From contig JANXSD010000009.1 of assembly GCA_025352785.1 (NCBI GenBank), positions 5,402 to 69,401 of the forward strand: a stretch of 64,000 bases of DNA, read 5' to 3'. The position numbers were made by a program, and so were the translations under genes. The stretch's first letter is position 1; every line of letters begins with the position of its first letter. A model generated the notes under the pieces. It saw only the letters and a list, made by a program, of their open reading frames with translations. It searched no databases and was not told where the DNA came from. This stretch comes from Bacteroidota bacterium (GTDB taxonomy: Bacteria; Bacteroidota; Bacteroidia; AKYH767-A; OLB10). This document shows, piece by piece, positions 10,638 to 20,509 of this stretch.

Positions 10638-12248
10638 TCACTGTGGTAAATAAATAAATTTGACGGATTCAGTATTCACGTTTCCATCAAACTGAAAAAT
10701 ATAAACTCCAGCACTCATTCCAATTAATGATATTGTAAACGTATCACCCGGATTAATGTTTTGAACCTTCTCGAAAATCAACTGTCCTACGGAATTAAAT
10801 AACCTTAATGAAGATTTTTGACTTTCAGAAAATTTAGTTTTAACATTTATACTATTACCTCCAATAAGTGGATTAGGGAAAATCTCGATTCCACTGTTTT
10901 CACAATTAGCAATTGATGTTGAGTTTAATTTAAAGCTCGAACTTGCATAATTATTCACGCTATTACTATCTGTAATAGCTATTCGTACTTCAAATAAATT
11001 TTCACCAAAAATTCCAGAGATAGATGGCAATTGAATTGTTAAATTGGAATGAGGAGCAATGGTATCTAAACAAGTATATGTTTTTTCAATTCCTGAATTG
11101 ATACTATACCTAACAGGAATATTACTTAATGGAATATTGCCTTCATTTGCCAATCGAATTATAGGAATAAAGCAACGATTTCCAGCTAGCGTAACAGGAG
11201 AAAGTATACTATCAATTGAAAGCTCTTTATTAATGGAATTTAAAGAAATTTTTCCATTAGAATTTTTAATGGAGCTTCGTGCAACATCTAATGTAGTATA
11301 CATTTTTTTCGTTTGATCGACAGTGAAAAACATCATACACTTATCATCTGTATAATCCATATAATTCATATACATCACACCTGGACTGACGGTTGAACAA
11401 TTATCTAGGGAGGGAAATCCAGGACAACGAAAATGCGAATCACCTTGATCAGGAGTATCTGCGATTCCATCACCTTGAGCGGGATCAGGATTACAAGCAC
11501 CATTATCATCACCCCAGATATGTCGCATGCTTAACCAATGTCCAATTTCATGTGTTGTTGTACGACCTAAGTTGTAAGGTTTTTTCAAAAGCCCTATGCG
11601 TCCGAATGCGCTATTAATAATTACAATCCCATCACGAAAGGGCGACGTACCAGGTAATGCAGCAAATCCTAAAACATTATCTTTAAGTGAACAAACCCAA
11701 ATATTCAAATAGGAACTGTCAGGCCAAGCATTTTTACCACCTGCGGAATCAAAAAATATAGAAGTATCATTGTATGCAAATTCCACTTTACTCGTTAATG
11801 TTCTTGTAATTCCATCAGAGAAATTTCCAAGAGGATCTTGTTTTGCTAGTTGAAAACGAATTTTACTATCGTTAATTAAATTTTGCCAAACGGAAGGAAC
11901 ATCAATAATTGTTGAATTAATTGCAGTATAATCTTCGTTGAGTACATCAATTTGAGATTTTATTTGTTCATTAGAAATATTCTCTGCGATGTTGTGATAA
12001 AGCACATGAACAATAACAGGAATTATTAGAACGGGGGTTACTATGGAAGTGCTTTTTTGAGAATTTAAAGATTGCTGTATTAATGAATCAATTTCCTGAT
12101 AGTGCGTTTTCAATTTTAGATTTGAATCGGTCATCCACTTTTGCAGACCAATAGTTTCACATTTACGATTTTGAGCTTGCAATGGAAGAAATATAGTCTG
12201 AAGAAGGAGGCTATAGCAAACCACCCTTAAGAATAAACGGAAACTCAT
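10638..12248 (-). CDS. Secreted M43B (pappalysin/ulilysin-like) zinc metalloprotease with T9SS C-terminal sorting domain
   Basis: Signal peptide. Zinc site HEIGHWLSMRHIWGDD (HExxHxxxxxH), as in ulilysin HEVGHWLGLYH. C-terminal FPNP...GVYIFQF...KFIYLPQ resembles a Por_Secre_tail. It is a paralog of 15019-17232. Confidence 0.7.
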   Translation of the reverse strand: MSFRLFLRVVCYSLLLQTIFLPLQAQNRKCETIGLQKWMTDSNLKLKTHYQEIDSLIQQSLNSQKSTSIVTPVLIIPVIVHVLYHNIAENISNEQIKSQIDVLNEDYTAINSTIIDVPSVWQNLINDSKIRFQLAKQDPLGNFSDGITRTLTSKVEFAYNDTSIFFDSAGGKNAWPDSSYLNIWVCSLKDNVLGFAALPGTSPFRDGIVIINSAFGRIGLLKKPYNLGRTTTHEIGHWLSMRHIWGDDNGACNPDPAQGDGIADTPDQGDSHFRCPGFPSLDNCSTVSPGVMYMNYMDYTDDKCMMFFTVDQTKKMYTTLDVARSSIKNSNGKISLNSINKELSIDSILSPVTLAGNRCFIPIIRLANEGNIPLSNIPVRYSINSGIEKTYTCLDTIAPHSNLTIQLPSISGIFGENLFEVRIAITDSNSVNNYASSSFKLNSTSIANCENSGIEIFPNPLIGGNSINVKTKFSESQKSSLRLFNSVGQLIFEKVQNINPGDTFTISLIGMSAGVYIFQFDGNVNTESVKFIYLPQ

Positions 12249-12342
12249 ACAGACTTTGGCGTTATCAATATTATGTCACAAATTTACAAAGAAAGCGTAT
12301 CCTTGTCAAAGGAAATCAAGCATAATTTCAAGATACTTGAAA

Positions 12343-13923
12343 TCACTGCCCACTTTTATAGAATTTGCACAACAGGTATATTCCTTCTTGATGAATTATG
12401 ATTTTGTCTTGAATCATATTTCTAGAGGTAAGGCTGATATCCCAAATTCTAAAATTTATATTAATTGGACAAACGATTACGGAATCTGGGCGGTTCGGAT
12501 AAAGCAACTTTGTTCGTTCAATAACATGCTGATTTATATTACCCGGTAAAAGCCCAACACCATAAATCGAATAAAAATTTTTATACCAAGGAAGTAAGAA
12601 AAAGGGCTCATGAATAATTGCTTTGTATCCAACAGGAATACTCCGCTGGGCTTCGCATAAAAAACTATCATCATCAGGTAATGGCAAAATAACACAATCT
12701 TTCGGAGTATTTGTTGCAATCCAAAAATGCATTTTGCTTAAATCGGATTTAAGATAATTTCCCATTTGATACCTTATTTGTAACTTTTCAATTGGTATAA
12801 ACGAGGAATTCGAAAGCGCAACAAATAAAAGTATTGAAACTGGCCAAATAGTAATTCTAAGAGCAGAAATAATTTTATCTGACAAACGGTTAAACCATAT
12901 AACTTTACTAAGGTATTTTGTTATGGGAATTATTCCTAGTAAGGTAATCCAACCAGTAGTTTTAAACCATTGCAATTTCCCTAATGATGTGAAGTTTAAT
13001 TTCTCAAATCCAACCCAATAGAATAAACAACCAATGGTAACAAATAGCATTAATGAGACTACCATTTTATTCCATTTTGTTTTACAAATTAATGAAAATA
13101 GTAATATCAAAATCCAGCAAAATATTGTTTTCAAATAATCCTTTAATGGGAAATAAGAAGGCAGATAGTGATGCGCATTTCGGAACTTAAATAAGATATC
13201 GTTATATAATTTAACATCTGCAATAGGTATTCCAGCAAATTGTCGCAGTATAATTGGAACTAACATTGCTGATGAGAAAATCAGGTAGGTTAGAAAACTA
13301 AAAAAAACTTTTTTATACTTCTGATCATTCATACTCAACGCTATTATCAACATCAAAAGAATTGCCACATGTAATCCAATTAAAACTTGAAATAACGAGG
13401 CAATTCCAGCCACTGCGGAAGCTAGGTAATAGCGATTTTTCATACACATAAAAATAGCAGTAATACTAAGAGCACTTGCGAAACAACTACAAGTAAGTTG
13501 ATTATCAAAAATGGAATTTGCACTTATTGTAAATGAATTTAGCAATAGAAAAATTATAAGTGGCCCAATAATGAATGCGTTTTTCCAGCCACTACCTTCT
13601 TCCGCAATTCTCCCCGTAAAATAGATCATGGTTCCTAAACAAATAAAATAAAATGTTATCACTGTAAGTGGCATGGGCAAAAAATAACCGAATCCATACA
13701 GTAGCCATGCAAAATAAAAACGAACCGTAAAATTAGTTACTTGAAAGGGGACAATATAATCATGCTGATATAACTCATGATGTAGTAATTTATAAACATA
13801 AGGCAAATGCTCCTCTTGGTCACCAGAATTAAAAGTATAACCATAAACTGCAATAAATAATAATCCAATTAATACCGTCCAACCTAACCTCTCATATTTC
13901 TTCCATTCTCTCATTCGCATCAT
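12343..13923 (-). CDS. Polytopic integral membrane protein of unknown function (possible GT-C-like glycosyltransferase)
   Basis: 526 aa with at least 10 hydrophobic segments and large loops. There is no recognisable catalytic motif. Confidence 0.3.
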   Translation of the reverse strand: MMRMREWKKYERLGWTVLIGLLFIAVYGYTFNSGDQEEHLPYVYKLLHHELYQHDYIVPFQVTNFTVRFYFAWLLYGFGYFLPMPLTVITFYFICLGTMIYFTGRIAEEGSGWKNAFIIGPLIIFLLLNSFTISANSIFDNQLTCSCFASALSITAIFMCMKNRYYLASAVAGIASLFQVLIGLHVAILLMLIIALSMNDQKYKKVFFSFLTYLIFSSAMLVPIILRQFAGIPIADVKLYNDILFKFRNAHHYLPSYFPLKDYLKTIFCWILILLFSLICKTKWNKMVVSLMLFVTIGCLFYWVGFEKLNFTSLGKLQWFKTTGWITLLGIIPITKYLSKVIWFNRLSDKIISALRITIWPVSILLFVALSNSSFIPIEKLQIRYQMGNYLKSDLSKMHFWIATNTPKDCVILPLPDDDSFLCEAQRSIPVGYKAIIHEPFFLLPWYKNFYSIYGVGLLPGNINQHVIERTKLLYPNRPDSVIVCPININFRIWDISLTSRNMIQDKIIIHQEGIYLLCKFYKSGQ

Positions 13924-14021
13924 TTCAGTGTAAAATTCTTGGTTCTACGCTATGTAGTTCACAAAATATTCGTATTCTAGCATTACAAGTATAGTAAATT
14001 TGTACGATCAGAATAAAAATT

Positions 14022-14723
14022 ATGAGCAATATCCGAATATTATTAGTTGAAGATGAGCAAAGTTTAGCAGATACGATTAAGTTAAATCTAGAATTAGAAG
14101 GCTATAAAGTTCAGTTTGCTGCGGATGGGAAAAAAGCATTAAAGATTTTCAAACAAGAGCGATTCGACTTAGTAGTTTTGGATGTGATGCTTCCTGAAAT
14201 GGATGGATTTACGGTATGCGAAGCTATTCGTCTTGAAAATTTAGAAGTACCAGTATTATTTTTGACTGCTAAAAACTCTTCCGCCGATCGGATAGCTGGA
14301 TTACGCAAGGGAGCGGATGATTACCTTACAAAGCCTTTTAATTTAGAAGAATTATTGCTTAGAGTTCAAAATCTACTGAAGCGAACACAACGAGGATCGG
14401 AAACAAGAATTCCTTCAATAAATGCCTATACTTTTGATAATTATCAAATCAATTTTTCAGAAATGAATGTGATAAATCCTGATGAACAAAAGATAAATCT
14501 CACGAAAAAAGAAAATGCTTTACTAAAATTACTTATAGAGCGGAAAAACGAAGTAGTTTCACGAGAGCACATTCTCGAAACAGTTTGGGGTTATGATATC
14601 TATCCTTCAACTCGAACTATTGATAATTTTATCGTTACTTTTCGTAAATATTTCGAAATAGATCCTGGAAATCCAAAGCACTTTCATTCAGTAAGAGGAG
14701 TTGGATATAAGTTTACTGATTAA
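14022..14723 (+). CDS. OmpR/PhoB-family response regulator (receiver plus winged-helix), orphan
   Basis: Receiver motifs LLVEDE, DLVVLDVMLP and LFLTAK, followed by a winged-helix C-terminus VRGVGYKF. Confidence 0.85.
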   Translation: MSNIRILLVEDEQSLADTIKLNLELEGYKVQFAADGKKALKIFKQERFDLVVLDVMLPEMDGFTVCEAIRLENLEVPVLFLTAKNSSADRIAGLRKGADDYLTKPFNLEELLLRVQNLLKRTQRGSETRIPSINAYTFDNYQINFSEMNVINPDEQKINLTKKENALLKLLIERKNEVVSREHILETVWGYDIYPSTRTIDNFIVTFRKYFEIDPGNPKHFHSVRGVGYKFTD

Positions 14724-14727
14724 TGAT

Positions 14728-14758
14728 AAAAAGGCTTATTCCCTATTAAGCCTTTCAA
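14728..14758 (+). terminator. Putative intrinsic terminator after the response regulator
   Basis: Hairpin aaggcttatt...attaagcctt followed by a T-tract. Confidence 0.4.
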
Positions 14759-15018
14759 TTACGTAAGTAATACGTGTAATTAACTCATTTCTTTCAACAA
14801 TTCATGTATTTTTAACAATTGCATCTTTCTAAGCCACGAAAGGGCAGGAAATGTATTCTACTAATATAGTTTCCTTAATTGTTTAAAAGTAAAAAATCAA
14901 TTGAAATAACCTTTGCATGGCATGATAAAAAAGTACTAACTTAGAGCATTAGGATACCATTATTTCATTGGTGGCCTTATTCTTAAATTAAAAAATACAT
15001 CTAAAACAAATAAATTAA

Positions 15019-17232
15019 ATGAAGAAAAATTACATCGCGGCGCTGGCACTTGTGCTAGGAATGTTTACTAACACGTGGGCGCAATCACAAAGAAGTTGTG
15101 CTACAATGCAACATTTACAGATGCAGTTGCAATCTGATCCAACGTTAGCAGCTAGAATGCAACAAATTGAAAATAAATCACAGCAAATTATTGCTGGCAA
15201 TGCACAAAATAGAACAACTGCTGTTATTGTAATTCCCGTTGTTGTTCATGTTGTATATAATACTGCATCACAAAATATTTCTGATGCACAAGTTCAATCT
15301 CAAATTGATGTTTTAAACGAAGACTTTCGTAAATTAAACGCTGATGCATCACTAACTCCTTCGATATATGCAGGACGTGCAGTTGATTGTCAAATTCAAT
15401 TTTGTCTTGCACAAAGAGATCCTAATGGATTAGCAACAACAGGTATTGTTCGTAAATCAACTTCCACTACATCTTTCTCAAGCAATGACGGAATTAAGAC
15501 GGCTACTTCTGCTACTGCTGGTGGTGACAATGCTTGGAATTCTACTCAATATTTAAATTTATGGTCAGGAAATCTTAGCGGTGGATTATTAGGTTATGCT
15601 CAGTTTCCTGGTGGTGCTGCATCAACGGATGGAGTTGTAATTCTTTATTCAGCTTTTGGTCGTGTTGGAAATGTTGCTGTACCTTATGACAAAGGACGTA
15701 CTGCTACACATGAAATTGGACATTGGTTAAATCTTCGTCATATATGGGGTGATGCGAATTGTGGAGATGATTTTGTTTCTGATACTCCTATTCAGCAAAC
15801 ATCAAATTTCGGATGTCCTACTTTTCCACATATTACTTGTTCAAATGGGACTGGAGACATGTCTATGAATTACATGGATTATACTGATGATGCTTGTATG
15901 TATATGTTTTCTTCAGGACAATCATCACGTATGTCGGCTGCAATTTCAAGTTCACGACCTGGTATTCTTACGTCTCAAGGATGCGTTCCAGTAACGGGTG
16001 GAACATGTGCAGTTCCTGTTGGATTGACTTCATCAGCAATCACTACTTCTTCTGCAACAATTTCATGGGGAGCTGCTTCAGGAGCTGGTTCTTATAATGT
16101 ACAATATCGTATAATTGGTGCTGCAACTTGGACTTCAACTTCAAGTACTACAACTTCTATTGCATTATCTGGTTTAACGTCTGCTTCTAATTATGAATTT
16201 CAAATACAAACTGTTTGTTCTTCTGCTTTAAGTGCGTTCTCTGGTTCTGGCACATTTACTACAGGAACAGTTTCCACAACATGTAATGTAGCTTCAGGAT
16301 TATCTTCATCGGCGATAACAACAACGAGTGCAACTATTTCATGGTCTGCGGCAACAGGAGCAGTTTCTTATGCAATTCAATATCGTATTGTTGGTGCGGC
16401 CTCATGGACTTCAACAACCAGCACAACAACTTCAAAAGCTCTTTCAGGATTAACTTCTGCTTCTAATTATGAATTCCAAGTACAAACAGTTTGTAGCGCT
16501 GGTTCCAGTGCATTCTCTGCATCTGGATTATTTACTACATCAACAGTTGCTACTGGTTGTTCAGATATTTATGAGCCAAATCAAACTAGAACTGCTGGTG
16601 CATTAATATCAGTTAATACTACAATATCTGGGCTAATTGGAGTTTCTGGAGATAATGATTACTACAAATTTGTAACAACATCTGGATTAACAAACATCAA
16701 AGTTATTTTAGATCAACTTCCTGCTGATTATGATTTAAAATTATATAATTCATCTGGAACAACTCTTACTACTTCTCAGAATGGAGGTACAACATCTGAA
16801 CAAATTATTCGAAATACTACAACAGCTGCTACTTATTATTTACGTGTGTATGGTTATTCTGGTGCAAACAATGCTACTTCCTGCTACCATTTAACTGTTA
16901 ATACGAGTGGTAGTACTTTCCGTACTACAAATCAGTTAGCTGACGAAGGTTCATTAAATGCACTTAAAATTAATGGAATCGATGAATTAAGTGTTTATCC
17001 AAATCCTGCAACGGATAAATTAAATCTTAATTTCTTTATCACGGAAAATGCTACAATCACAGCAAACGTTATTGATATGATTGGCAAAACAGTAATGAAT
17101 CAAAATTTCACTGCTCAAGAAGGCTTTAATCAATCAGCGCTTGACATATCATCTTTAAATAATGGTATTTATTTCTTAAGAATACAACAAAACGATCAAA
17201 TTGTTGTTAAGAAGTTTGTTGTGAAGCATTAA
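15019..17232 (+). CDS. Secreted M43B zinc metalloprotease with two FN3-like domains, a PPC-like domain and a T9SS C-terminal sorting domain
   Basis: Signal peptide MKKNYIAALALVLGMFTNTWAQ. Zinc site HEIGHWLNLRHIWGD. Two 92-aa Ser/Thr-rich FN3-like repeats. The C-terminus LSVYPNPATDKL...GIYFLRIQ...KKFVVKH is a Por_Secre_tail. Confidence 0.75.
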   Translation: MKKNYIAALALVLGMFTNTWAQSQRSCATMQHLQMQLQSDPTLAARMQQIENKSQQIIAGNAQNRTTAVIVIPVVVHVVYNTASQNISDAQVQSQIDVLNEDFRKLNADASLTPSIYAGRAVDCQIQFCLAQRDPNGLATTGIVRKSTSTTSFSSNDGIKTATSATAGGDNAWNSTQYLNLWSGNLSGGLLGYAQFPGGAASTDGVVILYSAFGRVGNVAVPYDKGRTATHEIGHWLNLRHIWGDANCGDDFVSDTPIQQTSNFGCPTFPHITCSNGTGDMSMNYMDYTDDACMYMFSSGQSSRMSAAISSSRPGILTSQGCVPVTGGTCAVPVGLTSSAITTSSATISWGAASGAGSYNVQYRIIGAATWTSTSSTTTSIALSGLTSASNYEFQIQTVCSSALSAFSGSGTFTTGTVSTTCNVASGLSSSAITTTSATISWSAATGAVSYAIQYRIVGAASWTSTTSTTTSKALSGLTSASNYEFQVQTVCSAGSSAFSASGLFTTSTVATGCSDIYEPNQTRTAGALISVNTTISGLIGVSGDNDYYKFVTTSGLTNIKVILDQLPADYDLKLYNSSGTTLTTSQNGGTTSEQIIRNTTTAATYYLRVYGYSGANNATSCYHLTVNTSGSTFRTTNQLADEGSLNALKINGIDELSVYPNPATDKLNLNFFITENATITANVIDMIGKTVMNQNFTAQEGFNQSALDISSLNNGIYFLRIQQNDQIVVKKFVVKH
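16003..16554 (+). repeat. Tandem duplication (2 x 276 nt) encoding two FN3-like domains inside the M43 protease gene
   Basis: Units 16003-16278 and 16279-16554 encode near-identical peptides: TCAVPVGLTSSAITTSSATISWGAASGAGSYNVQYRIIGAATW... and TCNVASGLSSSAITTTSATISWSAATGAVSYAIQYRIVGAASW.... Confidence 0.85.
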
Positions 17233-17248
17233 TATAAAAAAATATTTC

Positions 17249-17287
17249 AAGAAAGCCTCCGTGTATACGGGGGCTTTCTTATTTTCG
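17249..17287 (+). terminator. Rho-independent terminator after the M43 protease gene
   Basis: aagaaagcctccg / cgggggctttctt hairpin with one G-U pair, followed by attttcg. Confidence 0.65.
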
Positions 17288-17316
17288 TACGGATTCAATT
17301 AAATAAACTTAAACTC

Positions 17317-20079
17317 GTGCAAAAAACTTTTCTAACGAACGTTGTTCTTGCAGTTAAAACATATCATCTTCCTGATACACTAGTAATATTTCCCACAAGA
17401 AGAGCGTGTATGGCATTCAGAGATGAATTAGCATCTGACATTCAAAAAGTTTCCTGGATGCCTACAATATTACCCATACGTGATCTACTATTACAATTAA
17501 GTCCTTTGCCGGTAGCGGATGAAAATACTTTGTTGATGGAACTTTTTAAAGTGTATGAAAAGTTATATCCAAGTGATAATCTTGAAATTTTTTTAACATG
17601 GGGGCAACAATTAATTGACGATTTTAATGAAATTGATCGACAAATGGTATCTGCCGAACAACTATTTCAAAAAGTAATTGATGTAAAAAGTATTGAAAAT
17701 ATTTTTGCACTTGAGGAGGCGGACTTCGTGCATTTTAAAGAATTTTGGTCGCAATTTTCTGCTGAAAACATTACACCATTACGTCATGAATTTTTAAGTT
17801 ATTGGGAGATGCTTCCCGATTTATATACAGCTTATAAAAAACATTTATTAGAATTACAAATTTCTTATGAAGGAATGTCGTGGGCTCTTGCGGCACAATC
17901 AATAAATAACAATACCTATTTTGATAATTTTAGTAAAGTAGTTTTTGCAGGATTTTATGCATTTACAAAATCTGAAGAAACAATAATAAAATATTTAGAA
18001 TCAATTGGCAAAGTTGTTTTATTTAAGGATGCTGACAATTGGTATATTGAAGAAAAATATCGAGAGGCGGGTCGCTTTTTTAGAAAAGGAATTTTAAGCA
18101 AAGCAGAAATTCCTTGGACTGAATCATTATTAACAACTTCTACAAAAGATATATTCATAAGTGGAATTGGAGGAAGATCGGCAATGACTCGAGAACTTGC
18201 AATAAGTGTCTATGAAAAATTGAAAGATAAATCCGAAGAAGTTCTTAAAAGATCAGTAGTAGTTTTACCAGATGATAGTTTACTTTTTCCATTTTTAGAT
18301 CATTGTTCTCGACTAGGATTAGCAGCAAATCCATCTATGGGTTTTCCATTAACGCATCATCCGTTATTGCAACTATTACATAGTATTAAAAGTATTCGGA
18401 AGCAATTAACCGAACAACAAGGTGATTGGTTCATTATTGAACAAGCTAAATGGATGCTGGAACATCCCCTATTAAAGCCGATGTTGTTAAAAGAAGATAA
18501 ATTACAACTTGAGTCTATAGGTAAAAATTTACCAATTGATAATAATATTTCTCCTTTTTCAGCTTTGTTGAGAAAAACACCTTCTACGGTATTGGAAGAA
18601 GAAAAAATAATATCAGAATTTCTTGATGCCTTAGATTCATCGAAATTAAGTGGAATAGAAGGGTTAAGAGAATCAGTACAAAAAGAATCTAAATTAGTTT
18701 GGATTCAATTGAGACCGTATTACAATAAACTATCAATAGTATCGTGGTGGAAATTATATTTAGGTGTAATTGATAAAATACGCATACCATTTAGAAGTGA
18801 ACAAAATGTTGGCGTTCAAGTAATGGGATTTCTTGAAACTAGAATATTAGATTACGAATATGTTTTCATTGCATCCATGAACGAAGGCACACTACCTGGA
18901 AATAGTACCCCTAAATCACTTATCCCCTATTCTCTCCGTAAGGCTTATCAATTGCCTTGTCGAGAAGAGCAGGATGCCGTAACTTCCTATCACTTTTATA
19001 GACTTCTTCAACGAGCTGAACACATTCATTTTTTTTACAATAGTGATATGAATGATATGGGTGGTGGTGAACGGAGTCGTTTTCTATTTCAATTACATCA
19101 TGAATTAAAAGAATCAAATACAAAAATAAAATTCAATTATTTACAGATTGAAAATAATCTAATTAGTAATTCATCTAATGAAATTATAATTGAAAAGTCA
19201 GATGCCATTATAAATATTTTAAAAAATAAATTTGTAGAAGATTTTGCCGAAAAAGAATTTAGTGGTTTATCTGCATCGTCTATTAATGAATACATCGCTT
19301 GTACCCTACGTTTTTATTTTAATCAAATTGCCGAATTAAAAGAGCAAGAAATACATGATTCGATAGATCCAAGTGTTTTTGGAAATATATTTCATGAAGC
19401 AATGCATAAAATTTATGAGCATCATGAAATTTTAACCAATGAAATAATACAAAGCAAGCTGATTAATTTAAAAGAATTCGTAATAAATGCTATTCATAAA
19501 AAATTTAAGTCAACACCATTATCTGGAAATGATTTCTTAATGCAAGGAGTATTATTTGATTTACTTTATAGAGTATTGCAAACAGATCTCGAAGATCTTC
19601 CACTAAACATCATAGGATTAGAAAAACGTATTCAGAAATCAATTCAAATAGAAAATGTAGGAAACGTTTTTATTAAAGGAATTATTGACAGAATTGATGA
19701 AAAGGATAATTTCATCCGCATATTAGATTATAAAACTGGAAGTGATAAATTAAATTTGCCAGAGAATATAACAGAATTATTTATTGATCCTGCATTTAAA
19801 ACATCATTGCAACTTTTATTTTATGTTCATTTATCCAAAGATATTATCCAAGATAAAAGGGTTAAGGCTGGGTTATTTAAATTGAAAAAGATTAAAGAGG
19901 GAGTAGATTATCTTACAAAAAAAATCCCTATTGATAACGAGATAATTTCTTCTTTTGAAAATAATCTAAGAAAATTAATTACTGAAATATTTAATCCATC
20001 AATTCCATTTAAACAAACAGAAGATTACGATCAATGTCAATATTGTTCTTATAATGGAATTTGCAACCGGTTAGGGTAA
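17317..20079 (+). CDS. AddB-like PD-(D/E)XK nuclease family protein (inactive-helicase-like N-terminus, C-terminal Fe-S nuclease domain)
   Basis: 920 aa. C-terminal cysteine cluster DYDQCQYCSYNGICNR (Cx2Cx5C) as in AddB/RecB-family iron-staple nuclease domains. The N-terminus has a degenerate UvrD-like fold without a clear Walker A. Confidence 0.55.
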   Translation: MQKTFLTNVVLAVKTYHLPDTLVIFPTRRACMAFRDELASDIQKVSWMPTILPIRDLLLQLSPLPVADENTLLMELFKVYEKLYPSDNLEIFLTWGQQLIDDFNEIDRQMVSAEQLFQKVIDVKSIENIFALEEADFVHFKEFWSQFSAENITPLRHEFLSYWEMLPDLYTAYKKHLLELQISYEGMSWALAAQSINNNTYFDNFSKVVFAGFYAFTKSEETIIKYLESIGKVVLFKDADNWYIEEKYREAGRFFRKGILSKAEIPWTESLLTTSTKDIFISGIGGRSAMTRELAISVYEKLKDKSEEVLKRSVVVLPDDSLLFPFLDHCSRLGLAANPSMGFPLTHHPLLQLLHSIKSIRKQLTEQQGDWFIIEQAKWMLEHPLLKPMLLKEDKLQLESIGKNLPIDNNISPFSALLRKTPSTVLEEEKIISEFLDALDSSKLSGIEGLRESVQKESKLVWIQLRPYYNKLSIVSWWKLYLGVIDKIRIPFRSEQNVGVQVMGFLETRILDYEYVFIASMNEGTLPGNSTPKSLIPYSLRKAYQLPCREEQDAVTSYHFYRLLQRAEHIHFFYNSDMNDMGGGERSRFLFQLHHELKESNTKIKFNYLQIENNLISNSSNEIIIEKSDAIINILKNKFVEDFAEKEFSGLSASSINEYIACTLRFYFNQIAELKEQEIHDSIDPSVFGNIFHEAMHKIYEHHEILTNEIIQSKLINLKEFVINAIHKKFKSTPLSGNDFLMQGVLFDLLYRVLQTDLEDLPLNIIGLEKRIQKSIQIENVGNVFIKGIIDRIDEKDNFIRILDYKTGSDKLNLPENITELFIDPAFKTSLQLLFYVHLSKDIIQDKRVKAGLFKLKKIKEGVDYLTKKIPIDNEIISSFENNLRKLITEIFNPSIPFKQTEDYDQCQYCSYNGICNRLG

Positions 20080-20439
20080 TTAAGTCCTTGGCTTTTCAAA
20101 TCGTTCATTTAAGTAATCTATTAGTGAAGTCGCCATAGCGAGTACAATGCTAAACAGCATAGCAACCCAAAAACCATTCACCTTAAATCCACTTTGTAAA
20201 ATATGTGAAGTAATCAAGATTATTAAAGCATTAATTACGAGTAGAAAGAATCCGAGAGTTACCACCGTAATTGGTAAAGTCAAGAAAATCAATATGGGTT
20301 TTACAAATACATTCATAACGATTAAAACAAAAGATACCAAAATAGCCATACCAATACTGGTAACCTCAACACCAGGCATTAATGTGGCGATTAAGAATAT
20401 TGCAACTGCAGTAGATAGAACTCGTGCTAAAAAATTCAT
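20080..20439 (-). CDS. DUF360/YvlD-type small membrane protein (phage-holin-4-like superfamily)
   Basis: 119 aa with 3-4 TM helices (VAIFLIATLMPGV...). This is the typical family pattern. Confidence 0.5.
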   Translation of the reverse strand: MNFLARVLSTAVAIFLIATLMPGVEVTSIGMAILVSFVLIVMNVFVKPILIFLTLPITVVTLGFFLLVINALIILITSHILQSGFKVNGFWVAMLFSIVLAMATSLIDYLNERFEKPRT

Positions 20440-20509
20440 GAAATATTTTTTACAAAATTAAATTAATATTTACAAAATTAAAAGTGTTTCGCTAATTTTT
20501 ATAAATGAT

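Noticed and set aside
12256-12549. 97-aa + strand ORF between the M43 gene and the membrane protein
   Set aside because: It overlaps the 3' end of the 12343-13923 gene. It has no start context or motifs and is likely non-coding.
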